DNA of 64,000 bases from a virus (lineage: Duplodnaviria; Caudoviricetes), in IMG/VR virus record IMGVR_UViG_3300028887_000070, positions 64,001 through 128,000 of that record; one strand, written 5' to 3'. The notes beneath the pieces were generated by a model. It saw only the letters and a program-made list of their open reading frames with translations, made no database searches and was not told where the DNA came from. The first letter of the stretch is position 1, and every line of letters begins with the position of its first letter. Shown here one piece after another: positions 9,601 through 18,533 of the stretch. The translations under genes were made by a program, and so were the position numbers.

Positions 9601-11214
9601 ATGGCAACTGCAAGAGTATATTGTGGAGCTTCTGAAGAAGCGATTAGAGAAGCTATCCCTAACAATGTCAACGAACTTACCGTCTATGGTGCTGGTTCAA
9701 ACTTCACACTGACTAAAGAGTTCGTTGATATCGTTCTGTCTCTCAGAGCCACGATTACTACATTCAATCTTGAAGAGATTCATATTATCGGAAGAGAAGC
9801 TTTCAGATACGTTAAGTATATAAAGAGTTCAGCTCCTACTGGACTGTCTATAACTATCAATGCTGATGACACACTCGAAGTGATAGAGCCTTATGCATTC
9901 GCTCAAACTAACGTTCTAAGAAACATTGATCTACCTAAGTCTATCAAGAGAATAGAGAACTGTGCGTTCTTTGATTGTCAAAGACTTCGTAGAGTCAGAT
10001 TCGAGCATGAGGATAATGTATCTTCTCTTGAATATATCGGTATGTCTGCTTTCCAAGACTGTACTAAGCTTGAACAAATAGGACGTTATAATGGAGAAGC
10101 AGATGGTTACTTCCCAGAAGGACTTAAAGTTATAGATGCATATGCATTCGCTAGATGTACAGCATTAACTATAATTTTCTACGCACCAACTACTCTTGAG
10201 TCTATAGGAGCTTACGCATTTGCGTGGTCTGGTATAGGTGGATTCTGGCTACAAGACGGTTTGAACAAGAGAACAGGTACTTTACCCGCGAATGATGAAT
10301 TGAACGCTCCTGCGGATATTACACTGTGCTCAAAGCGCCAGTTTAGGTACTTCCACGTCGACGTAACTCAAGAAGTTAACAGAATAGAACTTCCAGAAGA
10401 GTTTATTACTTGTGTAAACGATGACCAGTTCATGGTTTTCAAGAATGGACGTCTTATACCTCATGGTAGTGTAATGTCTAGACCTGTAGATGGTACACCT
10501 CTCTTTAAGTATGAGATCTATATAGATACACCTAATGCTCAAGAGGGTGACTCTCTCGATATCTTCTACATACCAGAGATACTTACTAATATCAATAGCT
10601 ATGTAGAGAACTTCGGTCAATACAAGACACCAGAGCCTGAGATAGAAGGTATAATAGAAGACTATTCAAATCTTGAATCATACAACTATCTCCCTGCAGA
10701 TCAGAAGGGTTTCATCAAACTTACTACTCCACTCTATAACTTCAGCAATAAGAACTCAATGTTTATCTTTGTCAATGGTAAGAAGGTGGATATAGACCAT
10801 ATCTACGATGTCTCTACATCTACCATGAGAATCACTAAGTTCTTGCAACCTCTTGACATTCTAAACAATGAAGAGACTAAGCACTATCCTATACAGCTTC
10901 TCAACTTCGAGGATAATTACAAGATCAACTCTTTCGTGTTCTCTAAGGATGGACTCTCTCACTCACCAGATCAAGTAAACATAGTTCCATTCGAGTCTCT
11001 TGAGTCTTACAACAAGTTGTCTATACTTGACAGGATGCTCTACAATCTTCCTATAGATAAGCTAGAGACTCTCTTCCCAGTATCTACAAGCGATATGGAT
11101 GAAGATGACTTCGTAGGTGTAAAGTATCCTAGAAACGATGTCATACTTCAGAGACTCTACAATATCAACAAAGAAGCTGGAGACGACGATTGGTGGAGAT
11201 TGTTTAAATCATGA
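9601..11214 (+). CDS. BspA-type (LRR_5) leucine-rich-repeat protein fused to a virion-type beta domain
   Basis: Repeats IGREAF, IEPYAF, IENCAFFDC, IGMSAFQDC, IDAYAFARC, IGAYAF, then VFKNG/IFVNG domains. Confidence 0.8.
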   Translation: MATARVYCGASEEAIREAIPNNVNELTVYGAGSNFTLTKEFVDIVLSLRATITTFNLEEIHIIGREAFRYVKYIKSSAPTGLSITINADDTLEVIEPYAFAQTNVLRNIDLPKSIKRIENCAFFDCQRLRRVRFEHEDNVSSLEYIGMSAFQDCTKLEQIGRYNGEADGYFPEGLKVIDAYAFARCTALTIIFYAPTTLESIGAYAFAWSGIGGFWLQDGLNKRTGTLPANDELNAPADITLCSKRQFRYFHVDVTQEVNRIELPEEFITCVNDDQFMVFKNGRLIPHGSVMSRPVDGTPLFKYEIYIDTPNAQEGDSLDIFYIPEILTNINSYVENFGQYKTPEPEIEGIIEDYSNLESYNYLPADQKGFIKLTTPLYNFSNKNSMFIFVNGKKVDIDHIYDVSTSTMRITKFLQPLDILNNEETKHYPIQLLNFEDNYKINSFVFSKDGLSHSPDQVNIVPFESLESYNKLSILDRMLYNLPIDKLETLFPVSTSDMDEDDFVGVKYPRNDVILQRLYNINKEAGDDDWWRLFKS

Positions 11215-11220
11215 CGATGA

Positions 11221-11248
11221 TGTGGGTGGAGAAATCCACCCACACTTT
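11221..11248 (+). terminator. intrinsic terminator hairpin
   Basis: TGTGGGTGGA-gaaa-TCCACCCACA-cttt. Confidence 0.75.
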
Positions 11249-11256
11249 ACTGTCAG

Positions 11257-11268
11257 AACTATACTATA
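11257..11268 (+). promoter_or_regulatory. late promoter AACT-N6-TA
   Basis: AACTATACTATA between terminator and RBS. Confidence 0.7.
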
Positions 11269-11295
11269 ATCTACGAAAGGAGATGAAAGTGTCAA

Positions 11296-12090
11296 ATGTC
11301 TACAACAACTGAAATTGCTAATGAAGCAACCTCTCCAGATACTGTCGAGAGGTACGCTGAGTTGATAAATAGGTATGGTGCATTGATTGTTATAGCTGCA
11401 GTGTTCTTAGTGATAATACTTGCTGTGATGGTAATCATGCTGAAGTCCTATCAGAAGACTCAGAATCTAATTCAGACTCAGAACCAAACGATGTTCGAGG
11501 CAATCCTTGACAATCTAGCAAGCTCCAAAGAAGAGAAGACGAAAGATAAAGAAGAGCATAAAGAGCTCGTCGATATCTTTATCAAGATGTCTATCCCTAT
11601 CAGATCCACATTAGAAGTTCTAGCGGACAAGTTGAATGCAGATAGAACGTCAGTGTATGTATTTCATAATGGTACTAACACTAGTCACGGTCTACCATTC
11701 ATCAAAATATCATGTCTAACAGAAGTCATGAAACGGGGAACATTAGTCGCAAGAAAAGTCCTACAACACCAAGGATTACCTTTGAGCACATTCGACAAGA
11801 GTATAAGTTATCTTGTTTCTAGCCAGGTTGGGTATATACTTAACAACGAGGAAGATGACCGCTTCCCAGCTATTAAGAATATGCTTAAGTCGGCTGGAGT
11901 GTTATCGGCAGGATTCCTTGCACTATATGATGATGATAATAACATGCTTGGTATCATCATCTCTGAATTCGCTACAACGAAAACGGAGGAAGAGATGGAA
12001 TCTATCATCGAAGTGATGAAAGATGAAAGTCTCAAGATCATCCCTGTACTTGATTATGCAGACTATCAGGAAAAGAAGAATGAAGAATGA
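11296..12090 (+). CDS. single-TM protein with C-terminal GAF-like domain; T4 T-type holin candidate
   Basis: TM ALIVIAAVFLVIILAVMVIML; LNADRTSVYVFHNG...YDDDNNMLGII GAF pattern. Confidence 0.55.
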   Translation: MSTTTEIANEATSPDTVERYAELINRYGALIVIAAVFLVIILAVMVIMLKSYQKTQNLIQTQNQTMFEAILDNLASSKEEKTKDKEEHKELVDIFIKMSIPIRSTLEVLADKLNADRTSVYVFHNGTNTSHGLPFIKISCLTEVMKRGTLVARKVLQHQGLPLSTFDKSISYLVSSQVGYILNNEEDDRFPAIKNMLKSAGVLSAGFLALYDDDNNMLGIIISEFATTKTEEEMESIIEVMKDESLKIIPVLDYADYQEKKNEE

Positions 12091-12098
12091 AGCGACAG

Positions 12099-12126
12099 AG
12101 TCCCCTACCTTAACGGGTAGGGGACT
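12099..12126 (+). terminator. terminator hairpin
   Basis: AGTCCCCTACC-ttaacg-GGTAGGGGACT. Confidence 0.7.
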
Positions 12127-12150
12127 ATCTGTATCTTAACTGACGCTACA

Positions 12151-12163
12151 ACTATATATTATT
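12151..12163 (+). promoter_or_regulatory. early-type promoter motif
   Basis: ACTATATATTATT upstream of 12211. Confidence 0.55.
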
Positions 12164-12210
12164 GTCATGTATCCTTGAGAACCAAGCAATCTTGAAAGGA
12201 GAGATTGACA

Positions 12211-12972
12211 ATGAATATGGATGCAAGAAAGAATAGAAGGGTGATAGCTACTATCTTTGTAGCAGCACTCGTATCAGTCATAGTCCTGCTGGTAACTTTC
12301 AGTAGCGATACTAAGAACGATATGGTGACTGCAGAAGGTGAGTCTATTACTACTTCTACAGAGTGTAGAACAACAACCACTATGACAACTTCTACATCAA
12401 CAACCACGAAGAAGACTACAACAAGTACGTCTACTTCGACTACATCCACCACAACCACAGAGACTACTACAGTAGCTACAACAACCGAACAGGTGGTAGA
12501 GACTGAACCAGTAGCTCCAGAACCACATCCAGAGCCTCAGAACTATAATGAACAGATCATAGGAGGCAATGGATCCGTTACTATTAACGGATGGACTTTC
12601 AATAGTCCGATTGATGCACAGTATCTTTATGACCGCTGTGCAGACTATGGAATAGACCCTTCTGTCATGTACGGTGTCATGATGGCAGAGTCAACAATGG
12701 GAACCGCATGTGCAAACTTATGCGGTATCACACCAGTAGCTGCTCAGAGCTACAACAACTCCACTGGTAATGGCTATTGGGATTGGGCTTCCGACCCATA
12801 CCAGAATTTGGAGATATCACTTTACTGCCTTAGCGGAGCCTATGGATATTACGGCAATGGCTCTACTTATGATGCATTGGCAGGCTATAATACTGGCTAC
12901 TACGGCCACGCTGCAGGAAGCTACAGCTGGTATGCAGAGACAGTTATAGGATACGCTAATTCGGCGTATTGA
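12211..12972 (+). CDS. membrane-anchored lytic transglycosylase (SLT-like) with Thr-rich linker
   Basis: N-terminal TM, poly-Thr linker, YGIDP..GVMMAES, DPYQNL and ALAGYNTG motifs. Confidence 0.75.
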   Translation: MNMDARKNRRVIATIFVAALVSVIVLLVTFSSDTKNDMVTAEGESITTSTECRTTTTMTTSTSTTTKKTTTSTSTSTTSTTTTETTTVATTTEQVVETEPVAPEPHPEPQNYNEQIIGGNGSVTINGWTFNSPIDAQYLYDRCADYGIDPSVMYGVMMAESTMGTACANLCGITPVAAQSYNNSTGNGYWDWASDPYQNLEISLYCLSGAYGYYGNGSTYDALAGYNTGYYGHAAGSYSWYAETVIGYANSAY

Positions 12973-13050
12973 AACAAGCACAAGCACTAAGAGAGAAACC
13001 CAATCACACGTAACAAACTATAGGTTCTCAAATACAAAAAACATGACAGT

Positions 13051-13089
13051 CCGAGGAGAGTGGTTCTCTCCTCGGGCAATTCTTTTTTG
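13051..13089 (+). terminator. intrinsic terminator
   Basis: CCGAGGAGAG-tggtt-CTCTCCTCGG then TCTTTTTT. Confidence 0.75.
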
Positions 13090-13142
13090 TCAGTAGAAGC
13101 CCCCAGAGCGTTTGCCCTGGGGACTGTGTGTTCTGTTAAGGA

Positions 13143-13409
13143 TTAGCCTTCGCCGCCGTTATCATCAGCATTGTCATCGCCGTTGTCATCGCCGCCATTG
13201 TCGTCGATATCTGAACCGCCTTCCTTTGCTTCAGCACCAGCAGGAGCATAGGTAAGGATCACTGTGTCAGAGTAGAGAGCCTCTACTGTAACATCTGTAC
13301 CCTCAGCATCCTCGATAGCCTTGATAGCATCGTTGATCTGGTCAGTAGCCATCTTAGGGTCTGCAGCTATTCTTACAACCTCAACTGCTTTGTTCTTAGG
13401 CATTGCCAT
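13143..13409 (-). CDS. small acidic hypothetical protein
   Basis: 88 aa, RBS GAGGT, late promoter at 13496-13507, D/G-rich tail. Confidence 0.65.
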   Translation of the reverse strand: MAMPKNKAVEVVRIAADPKMATDQINDAIKAIEDAEGTDVTVEALYSDTVILTYAPAGAEAKEGGSDIDDNGGDDNGDDNADDNGGEG

Positions 13410-13509
13410 AGTGTGTTTACCTCGCTTTCTTGATTAGTTTGGAGTATATGTATACTCATCAAAAGGAGAATTTCATAACAGCACCGCTGCTATTTTACTC
13501 ATATGTTAA

Positions 13510-13543
13510 CAAAAAAGAAGGGATGGAACGAGCCATCCCTTCC
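13510..13543 (-). terminator. intrinsic terminator of the RNAP beta'N gene
   Basis: GAAGGGATGG-aacgag-CCATCCCTTC with an A-run on the left (U-tract on minus strand). Confidence 0.8.
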
Positions 13544-13560
13544 ATTAGGTCTGTTTACAT

Positions 13561-15114
13561 CTATGCAACCTTAGGCTCAAGATCGAGACAAGCCTGAATA
13601 TCATCGAGATCATTCTGATCATAAGCATCCATAGACAGATTAACAAAGCTGTTGAGACAGATGAGATTGTTAGTCTGAAGAGATACATTAGTCTCAAACA
13701 GACCAGTGTTTCTGGAGATCTGTCCAACGTAACGTGGGTTGAATACTTCCATACATGCCTTGAGGAACTCCTGATTGATGATGTACATACAGTTCAGAGT
13801 ATCGCCATCGAAGTCTGCATTGAGTCCAGAGAGGATCTCAAGTGGCAGGGACATAGCATATGAATCGAAGTGGATTCCTACTACCTGCATCTGAAGAACT
13901 GACAGAGACCAGATAGACGGATTACGATTGATAAGTACTCCGACATACTCGGAGTTAACTATGTTCATCATAATGTCATAGATCTCTCTGCTTGGATTGA
14001 TAGTTGCCATGAACCACTTCTGATATGCAATGTGACGAGGCATAGTCTTTGAGAGGATATTAACTATTCTGAACTCAAGGAGTTCTACCATAGTTGCATA
14101 TGGAAGTATAACCTGATCTATCTCAAGATCACTATTCGGAACGATTACCGATCTAGCACAGAAGTTATATCTACCACCTATAGTAGAACGTACAAGTCCC
14201 TTCTTATGAGAGAGCTGCTTCTCGAGATCTGCATAGATCTCCATCCACTTAGACTGCATTCTATATAGGATCTGTTTAGCAGGCTTACCAGTACGTCTAG
14301 AGACAAGCTGGTTACGATTGACTCTTGTAGCCTGAGCTGCAAGTATATTGTATAGAGAGTTGTTACCGTCAAAGTTGAACTGACTGTCGTCAAGATTGAA
14401 CGGTCTCAACTGTGTAGTGTATACAGGAATAGAGTGAGTGAACACAATGTCCTTATACTTCATGATGTGTTCATAGTACTCCATCTTCTCTGGTTTCTTA
14501 ACATGTTTGTTTCTATAGAACTCCATGATCTCGTCAAAGCGATCACGGAATGCAAGTATACCCAATCCTACGAATGGGCTACTCTTACTAGGCTTCACCT
14601 CAATAGGTTTACCATCTACATCTATCTTATCATCATTGTCTATGATTGCATCAAACTCCTTAGCACCAATGAATGCAGAGATAGACTTGAACATATTAGG
14701 ATGAATCAGACAATACTTCTCGTCTATACAGATCCATCCAAACTTCTCGAAGTCATCACCCATATAGTCTACAGGCTGATGACAGAACTCACAGATCTGT
14801 CCATAGTGCAATCTACCATTGAGATGATTACACTTGCATCTGTAACGGTTAGAGTATGCATCCTGATCATTCAGTGTGGGACCGAAGAATGAAGAGAAGA
14901 TACTCTTGTCTGACTTAAGGTCTTTCTTGATATCCTGACGCTTCTCGATGATCATACCTTTGCCTCTCATAAGGTCAGCTTCTCTTTCTTTATCAAGGTC
15001 TATTAGTTCAAGAGACGTCTCATATCTATACTGTTGTCTTGTTTTGGGATTTGATGATACGGGTATTACGGAAAGAGTTGTCCTCTTTTCGTATCTTTGG
15101 TAGTCGCTTAACAT
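13561..15114 (-). CDS. multisubunit RNA polymerase beta' N-terminal subunit (probably virion RNAP)
   Basis: Zn finger CKC..CEFC, GRYNFCARSVI, INRNPSI and catalytic LNADFDGD. Confidence 0.93.
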   Translation of the reverse strand: MLSDYQRYEKRTTLSVIPVSSNPKTRQQYRYETSLELIDLDKEREADLMRGKGMIIEKRQDIKKDLKSDKSIFSSFFGPTLNDQDAYSNRYRCKCNHLNGRLHYGQICEFCHQPVDYMGDDFEKFGWICIDEKYCLIHPNMFKSISAFIGAKEFDAIIDNDDKIDVDGKPIEVKPSKSSPFVGLGILAFRDRFDEIMEFYRNKHVKKPEKMEYYEHIMKYKDIVFTHSIPVYTTQLRPFNLDDSQFNFDGNNSLYNILAAQATRVNRNQLVSRRTGKPAKQILYRMQSKWMEIYADLEKQLSHKKGLVRSTIGGRYNFCARSVIVPNSDLEIDQVILPYATMVELLEFRIVNILSKTMPRHIAYQKWFMATINPSREIYDIMMNIVNSEYVGVLINRNPSIWSLSVLQMQVVGIHFDSYAMSLPLEILSGLNADFDGDTLNCMYIINQEFLKACMEVFNPRYVGQISRNTGLFETNVSLQTNNLICLNSFVNLSMDAYDQNDLDDIQACLDLEPKVA

Positions 15115-15172
15115 GGGCTAGATTCCTCCTTGTGTTATATTATAGAATCGTTACGGGTTCCATAACTTCCTA

Positions 15173-15691
15173 CTACTCGAAGATCTCACTAACAGTCTGA
15201 ATACCATCGTTGAACTCTTCGAAGAATCTATACTGCTTCTTTACTGAGATCTCGTATGAGTTTACTACGATCTCTGGATCGGGAACGAAGTACTCACCAT
15301 ACTTCTCAAGTATTCCACATCTACGAACGATTGTGTTTAACTTCTTTAGCGTCATATTCTCATCGAACTCGATATCCTCGTTCGCAGTGATATCGATGCC
15401 TTCGATTGAGGAGCCGTCTGATAACTTGCCGAACTCTGTTTTGATCTCAAAGGTAAAGTTACCTTCTGTATCTTGTTCAGCAATAACTTTGATACTATTG
15501 ATGACTATCACCTTAGACTTCACTATCTCAGGTGGTTCTTCATCTTCTTCTTTCTTTATATTAGGTGGCTTATAGTTAGAGAGCATCTTGTCTCTCGTAG
15601 CTTGGTCTACAGAACTTAGAAGAACATACCCTTGCTGTTGCGGCTTCTTGGGTTCTTCTCCATCCTCGAAAATCAGTTCGACTGTCGCCAT
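15173..15691 (-). CDS. hypothetical acidic protein
   Basis: 172 aa, RBS AAGGAGGT, early-type motif at ~15711-15725. Confidence 0.7.
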   Translation of the reverse strand: MATVELIFEDGEEPKKPQQQGYVLLSSVDQATRDKMLSNYKPPNIKKEEDEEPPEIVKSKVIVINSIKVIAEQDTEGNFTFEIKTEFGKLSDGSSIEGIDITANEDIEFDENMTLKKLNTIVRRCGILEKYGEYFVPDPEIVVNSYEISVKKQYRFFEEFNDGIQTVSEIFE

Positions 15692-15786
15692 AATTCTACC
15701 TCCTTACGGTACTATAGTATGTAAGTCTAACCATTATTGACTGGTTGAACAATTAAGTAATGAATTTGAAACAAGGAGGTCTATAC

Positions 15787-17001
15787 ATGGCTGTCAAACG
15801 TGTCGCTAAGGAGATCACTAAGAAGGAAGATCTCGATGAGATACTGAATCTGAGTGATCATGATTGTCTGAAGTTATCTATAGCAATGGAGTACTTCGGA
15901 GAGTTCAACGGTAAGGTAAGATTCCACCCATACGATTGGTTCAAGGTTCCGAAGGGAACTTTCCATAACAACAAGAACGTATTCACTACTACTATCGGAG
16001 CTTGGCTCTTCAATAAGGGATGTCTATCATGGAGTGGAGTGTTCGAAGAATCTGGATACATCAATGTACCTGTAACAAAGAAGGTCATTAAGGGCCTTCT
16101 AACAAAACTCTCTTATGCTATACTGGAAGAGAGACTCACTGTTCCTCAATATAAGAGAATGATTGATGCTATGCAGAAGATGATGCCATACAGTACCATC
16201 ATCTGTCCTACTACATCAGAGGCAATGCTTACTATCGGTAAAACTATAGAGCCTAAGAAGAAAGAGCTCTTCAAGAAGTACGAGAAAGAACTCGCTGCTG
16301 GAGATGCTCTTACAATGAACAAGATTGAGAAAGAGCTGCTTGACTACTGTAAAGAGAAGCTTGATGGTGATCCTTGTATGGATGGTATCAACTCTGGTGC
16401 TGGTGCAGACTGGGGTAACAACTTCAAGAACATGTATGTCATCAAGGGAGCTCAGAAAGATGCAGACCCTACTAAGGGCTACAACCTTATCACTTCTAAC
16501 TATATGGAAGGTGTAAGTAAGGAAGACTATTCTGCTATGGCTAACTCTCTTGCAGCAGGTCCTTATGCTCGTGCAAAGAATACAGCTGCAGGAGGCTACT
16601 CTGAGAAGCTCTTCTTGGGTGCAACCCAGCACGTCGTACTTGACGAGAAAGGCTCAGATTGCGGTACCACGAGGACTATCCAGATAACCCTCGATAATAC
16701 ACGTATGAGAATGATGATGTACTCATACATCGTAGAGGGGAGCAAACTGGTTCGTCTCGATAGTACTAATATGGATAAGTATAGAGGTAAGACTGTAAAG
16801 ATGAGATTCGCTTCTATGTGTAAGGGTAAGAAGATCTGTAACAAGTGTGCTGGAGATCTCTTCTACTTACTTGGAGTAAAGAATGTCGGTACAGCATCTC
16901 CTCAGCTCGCATCATGTGTAAAGCTGATATCAATGAAAGCTTTCCATGACTCTACAGATAAGTATATCAAGATGGATCCAGGTGAAGCATTCGGAACATA
17001 A
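15787..17001 (+). CDS. multisubunit RNA polymerase beta' C-terminal subunit (probably virion RNAP)
   Basis: Bridge helix TAAGGYSEK, DCGT, Zn site CKGKKICNKCAG, trigger-loop SMKAFH; late promoter 15748-15759. Confidence 0.9.
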   Translation: MAVKRVAKEITKKEDLDEILNLSDHDCLKLSIAMEYFGEFNGKVRFHPYDWFKVPKGTFHNNKNVFTTTIGAWLFNKGCLSWSGVFEESGYINVPVTKKVIKGLLTKLSYAILEERLTVPQYKRMIDAMQKMMPYSTIICPTTSEAMLTIGKTIEPKKKELFKKYEKELAAGDALTMNKIEKELLDYCKEKLDGDPCMDGINSGAGADWGNNFKNMYVIKGAQKDADPTKGYNLITSNYMEGVSKEDYSAMANSLAAGPYARAKNTAAGGYSEKLFLGATQHVVLDEKGSDCGTTRTIQITLDNTRMRMMMYSYIVEGSKLVRLDSTNMDKYRGKTVKMRFASMCKGKKICNKCAGDLFYLLGVKNVGTASPQLASCVKLISMKAFHDSTDKYIKMDPGEAFGT

Positions 17002-17007
17002 GATAAT

Positions 17008-17031
17008 GTCGGTGGGAGCAATCCCACCGAC
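17008..17031 (+). terminator. terminator hairpin
   Basis: GTCGGTGGGA-gcaa-TCCCACCGAC. Confidence 0.7.
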
Positions 17032-17119
17032 TATCTGTTATCGTTAAACTGAAGGTTGGTTGCATATCATTAAGGTATACAAAGCCAAACGGATCTGTTT
17101 GGTAGAAGGAGGACTTTAT

Positions 17120-17440
17120 ATGATAAAAGCACCAAAATATGTAAAAGAGCTGTATGATGTACTCAAGGCTTATACAGCTAATGATGATGAAACTGTATAT
17201 AGTTTCATCGCCGAACACGGCGGAATGATAATAGAGACCTGGCGCACGATGTATCAGGTTTATATCATAGTGTCAGAGAACCCAAGAATTAAGAATGACT
17301 CATTCATGAGCAGGCTCTCCGATTTCGAAGAAGAAATCGAATGCTTATCTGAGGATGAGCCAGAGGAAGAAAAGCTGATAAGGAAGGAAGTAAAGAAGTT
17401 TATCTCCTTCTTAGAGGAAAATTACAGGGGACTCGTATGA
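17120..17440 (+). CDS. hypothetical protein
   Basis: RBS AGGAGG before ATG 17120; followed by hairpin 17423-17449. Confidence 0.65.
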   Translation: MIKAPKYVKELYDVLKAYTANDDETVYSFIAEHGGMIIETWRTMYQVYIIVSENPRIKNDSFMSRLSDFEEEIECLSEDEPEEEKLIRKEVKKFISFLEENYRGLV

Positions 17441-17477
17441 GTCCCCTGTTTCTCTCTTCCACTACAACTTTCTTTTT

Positions 17478-18521
17478 TTAGAAGTATAAGTAGTAGGAGA
17501 TTTCAATTCCCTTAGAAGTGTCAGAGAGGGATTCATTAGGGAAGTTGAACTTGGTGAATGGTCTGATGTCCTGATAGAACTTCTTGTAGTCTGCATCTCC
17601 CGAAGCATCCTTACCAAGATATGGTACTGCTGTACAAAGTGAGATGCTGTTGATTCTAGCAGAACTTAGAGCATCAAGGTTCTTGAAGTACTCTCTACAA
17701 TCTGATGCAGAGATAGTCATATGAAGTTCTACTACCACATCAGCATCAGAGATCTTATCGCTTCTGAAGATATCTGTAGCAGAGTCAATGATGCCAGAAC
17801 CATCTGCCCATCTATAGTGAATGATTGGGTTTGTATCGAAAGCCTTGAAGAAGTACGATATCAACTGATTAGGTGATGTACCTGTAGTACAACGACCGAA
17901 GTAGATTCCTCTATCTGTAGCTCCAAGGTCACTGTTGGCTGCCTTTACTTTAAACGGTACGAGACAGTTGTCTACTGCTTCATCATTGATCATGCCAGGA
18001 TCATCGATGATAGTGTAGTTAGTATATCCATATGGAGCAATCCACTTGGTATTAGACACTCTGAATACTCTTGAGTTATCTATACCACATCCGTCAAAAC
18101 CAACAGCGAAGAGACAGATTCTCTTAGTGAAGTATTCATATACTGTCTTGAGTGCATCTGATGCATTGGCATATACTGTACCAGAGTCTCCACCGAATAC
18201 ACTAAGAGGATTAGTTGTGTCTGATGAACCCATGAGTCTCTTATCATTAGGCTCATTGAATGCTGTATGATATGTACTGAAAGCATAGTCATAGCTCTTT
18301 ATGCCAGCGAACTGTTCATCATACGATGTGGGGTCGAATGTAGGATCGAAGAGTATAGCCTTCTTAGCAGCTATCTCTGATCCTGAGACGAGTACCTTGT
18401 TTGATCCTCTGAAGAGAATCTTACCAGTACCAGTTTCTTTAAGTATAATGTCTGTACCCTTGATTGCAGCAGCATCACTTGTCTTATGTTCTACATCAAA
18501 GGCGTGTATCTGTTTATTCAT
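17478..18521 (-). CDS. virion structural (baseplate/tail) protein
   Basis: 347 aa, co-transcribed with the baseplate-like gene; C-terminal IEISYYLYF. Confidence 0.55.
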   Translation of the reverse strand: MNKQIHAFDVEHKTSDAAAIKGTDIILKETGTGKILFRGSNKVLVSGSEIAAKKAILFDPTFDPTSYDEQFAGIKSYDYAFSTYHTAFNEPNDKRLMGSSDTTNPLSVFGGDSGTVYANASDALKTVYEYFTKRICLFAVGFDGCGIDNSRVFRVSNTKWIAPYGYTNYTIIDDPGMINDEAVDNCLVPFKVKAANSDLGATDRGIYFGRCTTGTSPNQLISYFFKAFDTNPIIHYRWADGSGIIDSATDIFRSDKISDADVVVELHMTISASDCREYFKNLDALSSARINSISLCTAVPYLGKDASGDADYKKFYQDIRPFTKFNFPNESLSDTSKGIEISYYLYF

Positions 18522-18533
18522 TAGTATACCTCC

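Noticed and set aside
12340-12490. ACN-rich tandem-like repeat and antisense poly-Val ORF 12165-12458
   Set aside because: Encodes the Thr-rich linker; the antisense ORF is its mirror
13561-17001. Bacterial chromosome (rpoC, gyrA/B, dnaB present)
   Set aside because: Split divergent beta' subunits, virion genes and phage-type promoters indicate a jumbo phage
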